NCBI GenBank assembly: GCA_977017645.1
Contig: CDRNVU010000074.1
Coordinates: 1,984,001-2,048,000 of the forward strand
Source of the DNA: Torpedo marmorata
Taxonomy: Eukaryota
Direction: 5' to 3'
DNA length: 64,000 bases
Shown here: in pieces, positions 1 through 12,950 of the stretch
How the letters are laid out: each line of letters opens with the position of its first letter
How positions within the stretch are numbered: position 1 is the stretch's first letter
The notes under the pieces: generated by a model
Database searches by the model: none
The model's input: only the letters and a program-made list of their open reading frames with translations
Told to the model about the DNA's origin: nothing
Translations under genes and position numbers: made by a program

Positions 1-704
1 TACTCGTTATAGACGCTGCATCAGATGATGACGTTTTGTCTTCCAGAAAATCTCAAACGTCAAGCGTTTCATATCTTTTGATTGATTCTTTATTTTAATC
101 TTCTCCATGACGGATCCATTTATGAATTTTATCCTGAATTTCAGCGATGATATTGACAACTGTCCAGCATTTTAATTTGTTACAACCTGCCACGCATAGT
201 TGATAAATGTCGTTCCATATCTGAGTCTGCATCGTAGGAATATTAAAATGTACAGCTGCCCAAGGCAATCCTTGCAGTCGCTGGAGCTTTTTCAATGAGT
301 ATCCAAACGCTGGGTGTTTCTGCCCTTATGCCCGTGTAAATGCGTTTTTAATTTCAAGAAGAACGCAAATAAATCCATTCGGATCCCGTTCTATGTGTTC
401 TTGCCAGCTATATCTTATATTTAAGATTCCTCTTGGTGAATTCACTATTCCTGAAGAAAGGAATGATTTCTGATTCCACCATATTGGCATTATTAATGTC
501 ACAATAATCATCATCATATGAAAGGATGGACCAACTCTCAAAGACCTACGCGACACTGCACAACGAAGATATTGCTTCATTAACACACTTGGGTGTATTT
601 TATGGATTTGTGGCTCTAAGCACGAATATCAACATAATATTCCTTTCACGTAGCCTTTTGTATATTTAACCTATTTTGACGATTTCCTGACATATTTTAA
701 GTGT

Positions 705-1159
705 ACGTCAAGCATACAAAACCATGAAGTCATCTCATTTAAAATTCATTATCTGCATTCGGACTTGGACTTCTTCCCTGCTGATCTTCGTGCGGTCAAT
801 GACCATCATGGTGAAAGGTTTCACCAGGATATTTCGAGCATGGATAATCGGTCTCACGGCAATTGAAATCCATCAATGCTGGCCGACAATTTTTGGACAC
901 TGACACGAGAGGGTTCAGATGCTGGGTAAAAACGCGAATCAGCGGCAGTACGTTTTTATGCCGGTTAAACTAACGCAATGTGTCGGCATCATTATGCGAT
1001 TAAACATGCTAAATTCAATAAAGTTAATTTAATGTTTCTCCAACTTCCCACGTGATACATCAAATCTGACTTTATCTTTGTTTTCCGCTTGAGGTTGTTT
1101 GTCAGAATCCTCTATTTGTTTCAGGAAGCAATCGGTTTGAAAAAACACGTTCTCCAGTG
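705..1159 (+). mobile_element. DNA transposon relic, probably Chapaev3 (CMC superfamily): transposase C-terminus plus 3' end
   Basis: The + frame from 741 reads KIHYLHSDLDFFPADLRAVNDHHGERFHQDISSMDNRSHGN*NPSMLADNFWTLTR. This matches the recalled KIHFLHSHLDFFP..LGAVSDEHGERFHQD..PSMLADYCW transposase motif. The region ends in ...CCAGTG at 1159, consistent with CAC...GTG termini. It has an internal stop. Confidence 0.6.
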
Positions 1160-1442
1160 CGATCCTGTAACTGTGTCGTGGATATTTGAGTCCCATCTCT
1201 TAACTTCTGGAAGATCTGGCGCGACTCCCACTCCAGTCCGCCGTTGTCTTCAAGCTGCTCATCACCGTCGGATCCCGGTCCGGCTGAGCATAGGATTTTT
1301 GATTCTCATCCAGCTTTCCGGACACAGGGTCAAACTGATGGGAACCCGTGAGATACGAATGCCGCATGTTGGGACATGTGCATTAATTAAAACTGATCAG
1401 GTTTGGCGCGATTGCACTGACCACTTCTTTCCCTCATTGCAG

Positions 1443-2805
1443 GTAATTTAATGGCGATTGTGATGCTCTCTTGTGGAAAATGTGGTCTCTCCAAATGCAC
1501 AACCCGTTACTTGATGGGAATGGCGACGGCAGATTTCATGTGCGTTCTCTTTGGTGTTGTACTGGATCAGATTAATAATATCTATAATTATTCCCGTTAT
1601 TTAAGCCTCACTCCGATATGCGCCCTGACATCTGTCCTGAGGCTTGCAGCCATGGATTGCTCCATTTGGCTAACAGTGGCTTTCACTTTCGATCGCTCTA
1701 TCGCCATTTGTGGTCAAAAGCTGCGGGAACGTTATTGCACCGAGAGAACAGCGGCTGTAGTGATAGTAATTGTGACGATAGTGACTTATGCAAGGAACGT
1801 TCCCTACTACTTTGCAGTTGAACCAATCGTCATCATTGAACACATGCCATGGAACTGCGTGGTCACAACTATATACTTCACTTCATCCCTGTGGAGAGCA
1901 TTCACGGTGTTTAACACCATCATCACACCTTTGTTGAACCAATCATCATCATTGAACACGTGCCATGGAACTGCGTGGTCACAACTATATACTTGACTTC
2001 ATCCCTGTGGAGAGCATTCACGGTGTTTAACACCATCATCACACCTTTGTTGAACCAATCGTCATCATTGAACACGTGCCATGGAACTGCGTGGTCACAA
2101 CTATATACTTCACTTCATCCCTGTGGAGAGCATTCACGGTGTTTAACACCATCATCACACCTTTGTTGAACCAATCGTCATCATTGAACACGTGCCATGG
2201 AACTGCGTGGTTACAACTATATACTTCACTTCATCCCTGTGGAGAGCATTCACGGTGTTTAACAAGATCATCACACCTTTGTTGAACCAATCGTCATCAT
2301 TGAACACGTGCCATGGAACTGCGTGGTCACAACTATATACTTCACTTCATCCCTGTGGAGAGCATTCACGGTGTTTAACAAGATCATCACACCTTTGTTG
2401 CCAATCGGTTTAATATTATTGTTCAATTCTTTAACAGTCCGTCACATTATCGTTGTAAATAAGATGCGTCGGAGACTCCGATATTATAGTGGGATTCAGA
2501 AGGATCGAGAGATGGAAAACCGGAGAAAATCTATATTTTTGTTGCTCGTTCTATCCGCCAATTCTATTGTTTTGTGGATTCCGTACGTGGTATACATCTT
2601 TAAGTGGTCAGTTCAGAATTTCTATTATCGAGACCGATACTTTAATACCCCGACGTATATCTTACAACAATTTGGATATATGTTGCAATTTCTCAGTACC
2701 TGCACCAACACTTGCATCTATACATTGTCACAGAGGGCATTCAGGGAGCATCTTAAGAAGGGGGTGAAATGTCTGTTTACAATAAATGGGTACGTTAGTA
2801 AGTAA
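1443..2805 (+). pseudogene. GPR139/GPR142-like class A GPCR, main coding exon, disrupted by a 5 x 116-bp tandem amplification; first exon not found in window
   Basis: A polypyrimidine tract and AG acceptor at 1441-1442 are followed by GNLMAIVMLSCGKCGLSKCTTRYLMGMATAD...WLTVAFTFDRSIAIC...(repeat)...PIGLILLFNSLTVRHII...DREMENRRKSIFLLL...LSTCTNTCIYTLSQ. Removing four extra units (464 bp) puts ORFs 1451 and 2308 in the same frame. As assembled, the frame stops at 1996. Confidence 0.88.
1817..2400 (+). repeat. 116-bp tandem repeat, 5 units, inside the GPCR exon
   Basis: Units start GTTGAACCAATC at 1817, 1933, 2049, 2165 and 2281. The sequence resumes GTTGCCAATCG at 2397. Confidence 0.97.
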
Positions 2806-2841
2806 AATGCACTCGGCATTGCAATGTCAGTGAAGCTTTCA

Positions 2842-2847
2842 AATAAA
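2842..2847 (+). terminator. Candidate polyadenylation signal of the + strand GPCR
   Basis: AATAAA 37 nt after the stop codon at 2805. Confidence 0.4.
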
Positions 2848-2924
2848 TGTCCCAAAAAGGTTTGGTATTTATCATAAACAAACATATGCCAAGATGCGTG
2901 GATGTTTGTCGCCTGTATTTCCTA

Positions 2925-3200
2925 TGAAGGCAGGAACATTATTTGAGTTGAATGTGGTGAACGTGAGGCTGTGGATGTCTCGGTGGCAATCGGAAGTAAA
3001 AATATCCAGAGCGGGCGGCTGGCCAGGAAGAAGTGTCCACGAGGAGGAAGAAGGCTTAAAGTGGGAGAAGGGTTCTGTAGTGGGGGGTGGAGAGACCCGG
3101 TGGTGGAAATGGGTCTGGAGACGGAGGCGATGGAAGATGAGTTCGGCATTGTTTGGCAGGATCTCATAGTTTGAGAATTATGAAAGGCAAACGGAGGCCT
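2925..3200 (-). mobile_element. Penelope-like retroelement fragment (N-terminal ORF region)
   Basis: The minus frame reads NYEILPNNAELIFHRLRLQTHFHHRVSPPPTTEPFSHFKPSSSSWT..LDIFTSDCHRDI. This resembles the FFRRLRLRAHF...SSSWTP...LDLFI region of vertebrate PLEs. Confidence 0.7.
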
Positions 3201-3559
3201 GGACGCGAGGGCTAATATTCAAATCGGCGGCTTTGACCAGTTACATGACGTAAAGATCGAGTCCGTGTCATTCACGTACAACACTTGAATGGCAATGAAG
3301 TTAATACCATGTTAACTGACGACACCAGATTTTTCGAGAGACTTGTCAGGGAAGAGGTTTACAAGATATTTCAACCAGATTAAGTTTAACTGCGTTCATC
3401 TACCAAGGAGTGCGATTTAGTATTTAAATTAGATAGGCTCAGGGTGTAAAATATGACTTTGTGAAACAGGACATGACGACATAGAACATGGCAAGGACCT
3501 GGGCAAGTTTGTTGAAACATTGTGAAGAGTCACATAATTCTATGAAAATGATGACACGG

Positions 3560-5990
3560 AGAGGTCCGATGGGAAATAAGGTGTTGATCACGCCTGCATT
3601 TATTAATGAAGGCCTTTCCTTCACGAGTTACGATTATGTTCAATTCGTCAGTGAAACCAAATTTTGCCGACCGTTGTTCTGCTCCCAAAGAAACGGCAAA
3701 TATATCGTTAAGTTTCGAAGAGTGCAGCAACGATTCACAAGGTTTCCTAACGGCTTAAACCGTAAGACAACCATAGGTATTGTCGGATTTCCAGCTTAGG
3801 ACATTATAAACAGAAGTATGACTGGAGTGAAGGTTGGGCTGCATATGTATAACAATAGAATCACGTGCATAGAGTTGGAGGAGGACGGGCGTCCGAAAAA
3901 AAACACTTTGCTTCAGTATTTACAAGGAAGGGGACATTGATGAATGTGAGGTGTGTTTAGAACAGGCGACTGTGCTGGAGCATGTCCAGTCTGAGAAAAA
4001 AGGGGGCTGTTTATTCCTGTAAATATGCACACAGGTTTGTCCCTGGGACCTGACGAGATATATATCCGAGGTTATGGCAGGACGCGAATGAAGAGAATGC
4101 TGAGCTCTGGACCATGATATTTGTGACATTTCTGTCCTCCTGAGAGATGGCCAAGGTTTGTAAAATGGCAAATGCAGTCCAGTCGTTCAGGAAATTTAAA
4201 TGGAGAATCTTGGGAGCGATAGACTATTTTGTCTTACATTAGTATATGGCAAACTGTTGCTGAGGATACTTCAGAGCAGGACAACCTGTTGGAAAGGATA
4301 CACCAAGGCAGTATTTAGGTGCATATGGAGAAGCACGGTATTATCAGGGGAGTCAACACAGCGATCTGAGGGTCAGGCGGTGTCCAAAGTGCATGTTACG
4401 TTTTTCGGGCCGGTGACGTCCGAAATTGATAAAGGGGGCAATTGGTGTGGTGTACATGGATTTTAGTAACGCTTTTGTAAAGCACCACAATTGTTGGGTT
4501 ATTCGGGAAATCATCGGACGTTTGTTCAATGGAACCTTTGTAACGTGTCTGCGGAAACGTCTGGCCTGCAGACGGCGGTGTCTGATAGCAGATGGAACAT
4601 ATTCAGATTGGATGTCGTTGACTGTGACGTTTCTCGGGGATCTCTTATTTTACCCCAACACTTTGTGATTATATACACGACTTCGTCAAAACAGTGGACG
4701 GGTGTGTCAATCCATTTGTAGATGAAAAGATGTCTGGAGGTGTTGTGGTGAGTGTAGAGGCTTGAAGTAGGGTACGACAGGATATGGACAGGAATCAGAG
4801 TTGCGCGGAGAGATTGCATATTGTGTCCAATCGGAGAAGTATAATAGATGCACTTTGGAAAGTCAAACATTATGACAGATTGCTTGGTTAATGGCAGGAT
4901 TGTCGGCAGTGTGGAGGAATAAAGAACTTGTGTGTTTCATGTCCATATGTACCTCAACGTTGCCAAACATGTTGATAGGTTGCTTCAGAAGACGTATTGT
5001 GTGCGGACCTTCATTAATATTAAGGATTGAGTATTAGATCCGCGAAGTAATGTTGCAACCCGACAAATCTCAGGTGACTCCACACTTCGGACTGCTGTGT
5101 GGAGTTCCGGTATCCTCATTACATGCAGGATATGAAATCTTTATAGAGGGTGCAGAGGAAATTAACCAATATGTTGAATGGAATAGAGAACATGTCTTAT
5201 GAGCAAGGTTTACGGTGCTGCGGCATTTTTGCTTTGAATGACGTTGGAAGCTATAATATTTAATGCAGTTATTTAAGATTAAAAGAGGCATTGATATGAA
5301 GGTGAGCCCGTATCATTTACACAATGCGACAATAGCAAATACAGAAGGTCATCTGATCAAGTTGAATTGAGGAAGGTTTAGGGGAGATGTCCTCAGATGT
5401 GTGCATGTTTATTTACAGAGAGAGGGTTGGGTACATGGAAAGAATTCCCGGGGGTTGTAGTGGAGGCTGGTAAAACAGGAACCTTTAAAATACCCTTAGT
5501 TTGGCACCTGCATTCAATAAGATATAGATGGAAATGGGTTTGTGGACTGAAATGATCGGCACAACAGGGACTGTTCTGTGTTGTCATGTTCTGTGCTCTA
5601 TGTTCCATCGGAGAGTGAAGGTTGAAACGTTGCAGAATGTATAATATTATGAGGTGCACAGATAAGTTACATATTCGTAGTAAATGTTCCTGAAGACGAC
5701 GAGTCAAACACGAGAGGACAGAGGTTGATAATGAGAGGGAAAATGCGTGAGAGTGATCCGACGGCAACATTTGTATTATGACGGTCACAGAACTGTCGCC
5801 AAATTTGCTGAGGAAGCAATGGTCGCTGGTACAATTAAAACTTATAAAGTACTTTCAGGCGGTGACATGGTCAGAGTAAAATTGGAGAGACGCGGGCCAA
5901 AAGCAGAGAAACGGTAATAGCTTCTAGAGACAGTCCGGTTGGTACTTTTTGTTTTGGACAGAAGGACTAGGTTCGAGGTGTAAAATTCTA
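3560..5990 (+). mobile_element. Degraded CR1 LINE fragments (RT region and 3' ends)
   Basis: Remnants include VVYMDFSNAF (4426 ORF), RVQQRFTR, and CR1-type 3' UTR sequence, with many stops and frameshifts. Boundaries are approximate. Confidence 0.75.
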
Positions 5991-6161
5991 TTGTCCAATA
6001 ATTCCATTGCATGTTGGGTCATGCCCATTTTACTCCTGTTAATCATCATGTGCTCGTGTTTTATGGAAGCTGGTTTTGTTCATTTTAGTAGAAGGGTTGA
6101 AGGTGCCCAATAATTACAGGTTTGTGTCCGGAGATGTTACTTCGTGCATTTTAATATCATG

Positions 6162-8735
6162 AACCATATAACCATATAACAATGACAGCACGGAAACAGG
6201 CCATTAGGCCCTTCCAGTCCGCACCGAACCAAACATTCCTATCTAGTCCCACCTACCTGCACCCTGCCCATAACCCTCCACTTCCTTCTCATCCATATAA
6301 TTGTCCAACTTTTTCTTAAATAATAAAATTGACTCTTCCGCCACTATTTCTCCCGGAAGCTCATTCCACACCGCTACCACTCTCTGAGTAAAGAAGTTCC
6401 CCCTCATGTTACCTCTAAACCTCTGCCCCTTAACTCTTAGCTCATGTCCTCTTGTTTCAATCTCTCCTATTCTTAATGGAAATAGTCTATCCACATCCAC
6501 TCTGTCTATCCCTTTCATAATTTTAAATACCTCTATCAAATCCCCTCTCAACCTTCTACGCTCCAAAGAATAAAGACCTAATATGCTCAATCTCTCCTTG
6601 TACTCTAGAGTCTTAAACCCAGGTAACATTCTGGTAAACCATCTCTGTATTCTCTCCACTTTGTAGATATCCTTCCTATAATTTGCCGACCAGAACTGCA
6701 CACAAAACTCTAAATTAGGCCGCACCAAAGCCTTATATAATCTCAACATCACTTCCCAACTCCTATATTCTATGCAATGATTGATAAAGGCCAGCATACT
6801 AAAAGCCTTCTTCATCACCCTATTCACATGAGTTTCCACCTTCAGGGAACGATGCACCGTTATTCCTAAATCTTTCTGCTCTTCTGTATTCATCAATGCT
6901 CTCCCATTTACTACATATGTCCTGTTCTGATTCTTCTTACCAAAATGAAGCAACTCACACTTATCAGCATTAAACTCCATCTGACATTTTTCAGCCCACT
7001 TTTCTAAGCAGCCCAAATCCCTCTGAAATCCTTGAAAACCTTCTTCATTATCCACTATTCCACCTATCTTAGTATCATCTGCATATTTACTAATCCAGTT
7101 TACCACCCCATCATCTAGATCATTGATATATATAACGAACAACAACGGGCCCAATACAGATCCCTGAGGCACACAGCTGGTCACCGGCCTCCAACCTGAC
7201 AGACAATTATCCACTACCACTCTCTGGCCTCTCCCTTCCAGCCAATGTTCAATCAAATTGACTATCTCAGAATTTATACCTAAAGACTGCACCTTCCTCA
7301 CTAACCTTCCATGCGGAACCTTATCGAAGGCCTTACTGAAGTCCATATAGACAACGTCCACTGCGCTACCCTCATCCACATTCCTAGTCACCTCTTCAAA
7401 AAATTCAATCAGATTGGTCAAACAGGACCTTCCGCTCACAAATCCGTGTTGAGAGTTCCTGATCAGACCCTGTCTATCCAGATATTTATAAGTACTATCT
7501 CTGAGAACTTTCTCCATTAATTTACCTACCACAGACGTCAAACGTACAGGCCGATAATTTCCAAGCTTCCTCCTTGAACCTTTTTTAAATAACGGAACCA
7601 CATGCGCAATACGCCAATCCTCCGGCACTATCCCCATCTCTAATGACATTTGGAAAATCACCGTTAGAACCTCTGCTATTTCCTCACATATTTCTCTCAA
7701 AGTCCTGGGGAAGATCCCGTCAGGTCCCGGAGACTTATCCACCTTTATATGCCTCAAAAGCCCTAACACTACATCTTTCGTAATCACTATATTCTCCATA
7801 TTTACCCAATTTGCTTTTTATATCTCGCATATCCCAATATCCTTCTCCTTGGTGAATACCGAAGAAAAGAAACTGTTCAATATCTCCCCCATTTCTCTAG
7901 GCTCCACACACAGTGTTACGCTCTGATTCTCTTAGGGACCAATTTTGTCCCTCGCTTTCCTTTTATCATTAACGTATTTGTAGAAACCTTTTGGATTAAT
8001 TTTCACCCTGCTTGCTATAGTCTCCTCGTCCCTTCTTTTAGCTTTCCTAATTCCTCTCTTAAGATTCCTTTTACATTCAATGTATTTTTCAAACATCTCC
8101 TTAATTCCATGCTTCTTATACTTAATGTACGCCTCCCTTTTTTTCGAACCAAGTTTCCAATATTCCTCGAAAACCACGGCTCTCTCAAACCTTTTGCCCC
8201 TCCTTTTAACCTAACAGGAACATAAAGCTTTTGCACTTTCAAAACTGATCTTTAAAAGACTCCCATCACTCTACTACATCCTGCCCATAAAACAAATTGT
8301 CCCAATGCACACCCTGTAAGTCCTTTCGCATCTCCTTAAATCTAGCTTTTCCCCAATCAAAAACCTCAACCCTTGGCCTTGACTTATCTCTTTCCATAAT
8401 GACATTGAATCCGATGGCATTATGATCACTGGACCCGAAGTGCTCGCCAACACAAACCTCCGTCACTTGACCTATCTCATTTGCCAACAGTAGATCTAAC
8501 ACTGCTCCTTCTCTGGTCGGTACCTCTACATACTGTTGTAAAAAACTATCCTGCACACATTTCACAAACTCCAACCCATCCAACCCTTTCACAGAATGTG
8601 TTTCCCAATCTATATGTGGAAAATTAAAATCTCCATAATTACAACCCTGTGCTTATCACAAATATCCACTATCTCCCTATAGATTTGCTCCTCGAGGTCT
8701 CAGTCCCCTCCGGGTGGTCTATAATGCACCCCTTT
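6162..8735 (-). mobile_element. CR1 LINE, 5'-truncated and relatively young; open 518-aa RT ORF at 6243-7799
   Basis: Motifs [36 protein letters not shown] and LERRRLRGDLIE are present. Upstream endonuclease remnants include HFGSSDHN. The 8-bp 3' tail repeat (ACCATATA on +) is at about 6162-6180. Confidence 0.95.
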
Positions 8736-9280
8736 GCTAATTAATCCTACCAAAATGTAGTACCTCACATTTATCAGTGTTAAATTCCATCTGCCATGTT
8801 TCCACCCACTCTTCCAACTGTCCTATATCCCCCTGCAAGCTTTGATATCCCTCTTCACTGTCCACAACACCACCAATCTTCGTATCGTCTGCATACATAC
8901 TAATCCAATTTACACCCTATTATCTAGATCATTAATATATATGACAACCAACAATGGACCCAGTACCGATCCCCGAGGCACTCCACTAGTCACCGGCCTC
9001 CAATTTGACAAACAATTTTCCACCACTACTCTGTGGCATCTCCTATCCAACCATTGTTGAATCAATTTCAGTACTTCGCCGTTAATACCTAATGCTTAAA
9101 CCTTCTTAACGAGTCTCTTATGCGGAACCTTGTCAAATGCCTTACTAAAGTCCATATAGACAACATTCACAGCCTTCCCCTCGTCAACCCTCTTAGTAAC
9201 CTCATCCAAAAACTCTATGAGATTTGTCAAACATGATCTACCACGAACAAAACCGTGTTTACTACTCCTAATCAAATCTT
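8736..9280 (-). mobile_element. CR1 RT fragment, same subfamily as 58720-60548
   Basis: Closely resembles 59490-60030 (e.g. ATTAATCCTACCAAAATGTAG...CCACGAACAAAACCGTG). Confidence 0.85.
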
Positions 9281-9700
9281 TTGGTGGAACAATATCTCAT
9301 TTTCCGTCTAGGCACTCTCCAGCCAGATGGCATTAACATTGACGTTTCTGCTTTCCACTAAACCTGCTTATCGTTTCTTCCCCTCCCCCTCACCTGTCCT
9401 TCCTGTTCTTTTTCCACCCACCCAAACATCCCTCCTACCCCTCTTTGCTGCTGTCCCCTCCCTCCATTCTCCACCTATCATCTCCTGCCTTTGCCACCCC
9501 CTCTTCCCCCTCCCTCTTTTGTTCGGACGCCTGCCGGCATTTTCTCATACTTTGATGAAGGATTCAAGCCCGAAACGTCGGTTATGCAATTCTACCTTTG
9601 CTACATAAAATACACTGTTTTACCTGCTAAGTTTCTCAAGCATTTGTGTTTTTTACTTCAACCACGGTGTCTACAGATTTTCGTGTTTTACTTTTTAACT
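9281..9700 (+). mobile_element. Penelope-like element 3' end (GIY-YIG C-terminus plus 3' region)
   Basis: Reads LVEQYLIFRLGTLQPDGINIDVS, followed by a C/T-rich tract, then TTGATGAAGGATTCAAGCCCGAAACGTCG and a CCTGCTAAGTTTCTCAAGCAT tail. Confidence 0.8.
9552..9580 (+). ncRNA. Minimal hammerhead-ribozyme-like core in the Penelope-like 3' region
   Basis: (U)UGAUGA-AGG ATTCAAG CCC-GAAAC-GTC resembles the CUGANGA...GAAAC core with a short stem II. C3 is replaced by U in this copy. Confidence 0.45.
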
Positions 9701-10279
9701 CTGCTCCCTTTTCTTCTCCTGACCGTTACATGCAACATACTTGCTGCGCCTTAGTTGTGAGCACCTCTCTGTAAATACAGTCCATCACGCCCTCAGACTC
9801 GCGAATGATCCGATGTTCATCCAGCTCAGCTGCACTTCCCTAACACCGTTTCGAGAAAGTGCATCTTAAATCACTGTTTACAGAGAAAGTCGTACGGACA
9901 ATCCATTCCTGCAAGAAGAGTCTACCCATGTCCTGGCTGCGTATATTCATTGTATAGGACTTTATCGCTAACTCTCCCATGTCAATTGTACTATTGTGTG
10001 TAACGGTCATTGTCTGTCCTCCCTTCCCCTTTAAAATGTCCTCCAACCAGTCAGTGCCATCCTTGATCCATCCCGGCGTCTATTCCATGACGTTAGGACT
10101 TAGTTCATCCCACATCGTCGCATACACTCCCGTCTGTTGCCCAAAGTAATGGGTCTCCAATCACCATATCCCCGCCTGTTTGCATCATTATATTTGAGCC
10201 TCAGAGCCAGTCATATCCAACTGACCCGAATTCTGCTCTTAGATCTTTCTTCCGAAAAGTTATCTAAATCAATATATGT

Positions 10280-12582
10280 AGGTACCTACGAGAGAGAGTG
10301 AAATACTGGATCTTATATTGGGGAACGAGACAGGACAGGTGACTGAGTTATGTGCAGGGGAAACGTTTGGGTCAAGTGATCATATTGCAATTAGTTTCAA
10401 GTTGATTATGGAAAAGGATAGTTCTGAGCCTCGGGTTGACGTTCTAAATTGGAGAAAGGCCAATTTTGAGGAACTGAGAAAGGATCTAAAATGCGTGGAT
10501 TGGGATAGTTTTCTTTTTCGGCAAGGATGTGCGAGGAAAGTGGAGGACCTTGAAAGGAGAAATTGTGAGAGTACAGAGTTTGTATGTCCCTGTCAGGATC
10601 TAAGCCAACGTTAGAAGTTTTTGGGGACCTTTGTTTTCGAGGGATATTAGGGATCTAGTTCGGAAGAGGAAAGAGGTGTATAACAGGTACAGGCAACATG
10701 GAATAAATGAGATACTTGAGTAGTATACAAAATTCATGACAAACCTCAAGAAAGAAATCAGGAAGGTTAAAAGAAGACATGAGGCTGCTTCGGCAGATAT
10801 TGTGAAGGTCGACCCGAAGGGTTTCTACAAGTATATTAAAATGATTGTGAGGGGAAAAACTGGTCCCCTGGGAGATCAGAGTGGTCGTATATGTGTGGAA
10901 ACTGGCATAGTGTATAAGGAAGGAAGGGAAACAAGCAGTAGTGTCATGGACAATATAGGGATTAACGAGGAGGAGGTGCTTGCTGCCTTGCAGGGAATAA
11001 ATGTAGATAAATCCCCCGGGCCTGACATGATTTTCCCCTGGACATTGAGGGAGACTAGTGTAGAAATTGCAGGGGCCCTGCCTGAAATATTTAAAATGCC
11101 CTCAGCCACGGGTGAGGTGCCGGAGGATTGGAGTGCAGATCATGTAGTTCCGTTGTTTAAAAAGGACTCCAAAAGTAAACCAGACATTTACAGGCCGTTG
11201 AGCCTGACGTCAGTGGTAGTTAAATTATTGGAATGTTTTCTGCTAGATCAGATATACAAGTATTTGGTCAGTGAAGGGCTAATTAAGAATGGTCAGCATG
11301 GCTTTGTGCGTGATAGGTCGTGTTTAACGAATTGTATAGAGTTTTCCGAGGAGGTAACCAACAAAGTAGATGAAGGAAAGGCTGTGTATTTTGTCTACAT
11401 GGACTTTAGTAAGGCGTTTGACAAGGTCCATCATGGGAGGTTAGTTCAGAAGGTTCATACATTAGGTATCCATGGAGAGACTGTAAATTGGATTCGAAAA
11501 TTGTTGTATGGGAGAAGGCAGAGAGTGGTAGTGGATGATTGCTTCTCCAACTGGAGGTGTGTGATTAGTGGTGAGACTCAGGGATCTGTGCTGGACTATT
11601 GCACTTTGTTGTCTATATCAACGATCTGGATGACAATGTGGGAACTTGGATCAGCACGTTTGCTGAAGACCCTAAGATTGGAGGCGTTGCGGACAGCGAG
11701 GAAGATTTTCAAAGCTTGCAGAGGGATCCTGACCAACTGGAAAAATGGGCCACAATATGGCAGATTGAGTTTAATGCAGACAAGGGTGAGGTGTTGCATT
11801 TTGGAAGAACAAACCAAGGTAGGACATAAACAGTAAATGGAAGGGCACTGAGGAGTGCGGAGGAGCAAAGGGATCTGGGAATACAGATACATAGTTCCCT
11901 GAAAGTGGCGTCACAGGTAGACAGGGTTGCAAGGAAAGCTTTTGGAATCTTGGCCTTCATATTTCAAAGTATTGAGTATAGGAGTTGGAATGTTATGTTG
12001 AGGTTGTGTCAGACATTGGTGAGGCCAAAGTTTGAGTATTGTGTGCAGTTCTGGTCGGCGAACTACAGGAAGGATATCGGTAAGGTTGGAAGAGTGCAGA
12101 GAAGATTTACTAGGATATTGCCGGGTCTTCAGGAGTTGATTTACAGAGAAAGATTAAACAGGTTAGGACTTTATTCGTTGGAGAGTAGTAAAATGAGGGG
12201 AGATTTGATAGAGTTTTGCAAAACGATGATGGGAAAGACAGAGTAAATGCGAGTAGGCTCTTTCCACTTAGATTAGGAGAGATAGAAACGAGAGTATATG
12301 GCTGTAGGGTGATATGGGAAAGGTTCAGATGAAATATTAGGGGACAACTTCACTCAGAGAGTTGTGGGAGTGTGGAACGAGTTGCCACCTGACGTGCTAA
12401 ATGTGGGCTCCCTCTTACGTTTTAAGAATAAAGTGGATAGATACTTGTGTGGTAGACGTCTTGAGGGTTATGGACTGGGTGAAGGTCTATGAGACTAGCG
12501 GAATGATAATTCGGCACGGACTAGAAAGGCCGAATAGCCTGTTTTCTGTCCTGTAGTGTTCTATGGTTCTATAGTTTTATGG
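10280..12582 (+). mobile_element. CR1 LINE, 5'-truncated and frameshifted ORF2
   Basis: ORFs at 10318, 10736, 11599 and 11905 carry TFGSSDH, KSPGPD, YMDFSKAFDKV and EYCVQFWS. A (TTCTATGG)-like tail lies at about 12558-12582. Confidence 0.92.
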
Positions 12583-12950
12583 TTAACATCCCTCCCCCCA
12601 CGAACTGTCCAAACGGATATACATGGTAGTTCTGTGAGTGGCCACAGGATAACACTGTATTGCCCATGTACCTGCCGGCTCCACTTCGTTGTGAACACTT
12701 CTGTGTATATTTATTCCATGATGTTCTCAACATTCCGAATGCTCGTACGTGCATCCAACTGTCTTTCAGGAGTTCCAGTTGTGTACATCATCTAACAATT
12801 GTAGTCGGCTGGAAGAGCGCAATAATCCTTGATTTCGTACACTTGACTGCCTTCCTACATACGAAGAATTAAGGTCCGACCTCGACAGCTGCTCGGCAAA
12901 TTGCCTCGATCCAAAACCGCAAGGTCCAATATCACACTGGCTATGCCTAC

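Noticed and set aside
1817-2400. CRISPR-like array
   Set aside because: The units are contiguous with no unique spacers, they are duplicated GPCR coding sequence, and the context is eukaryotic.
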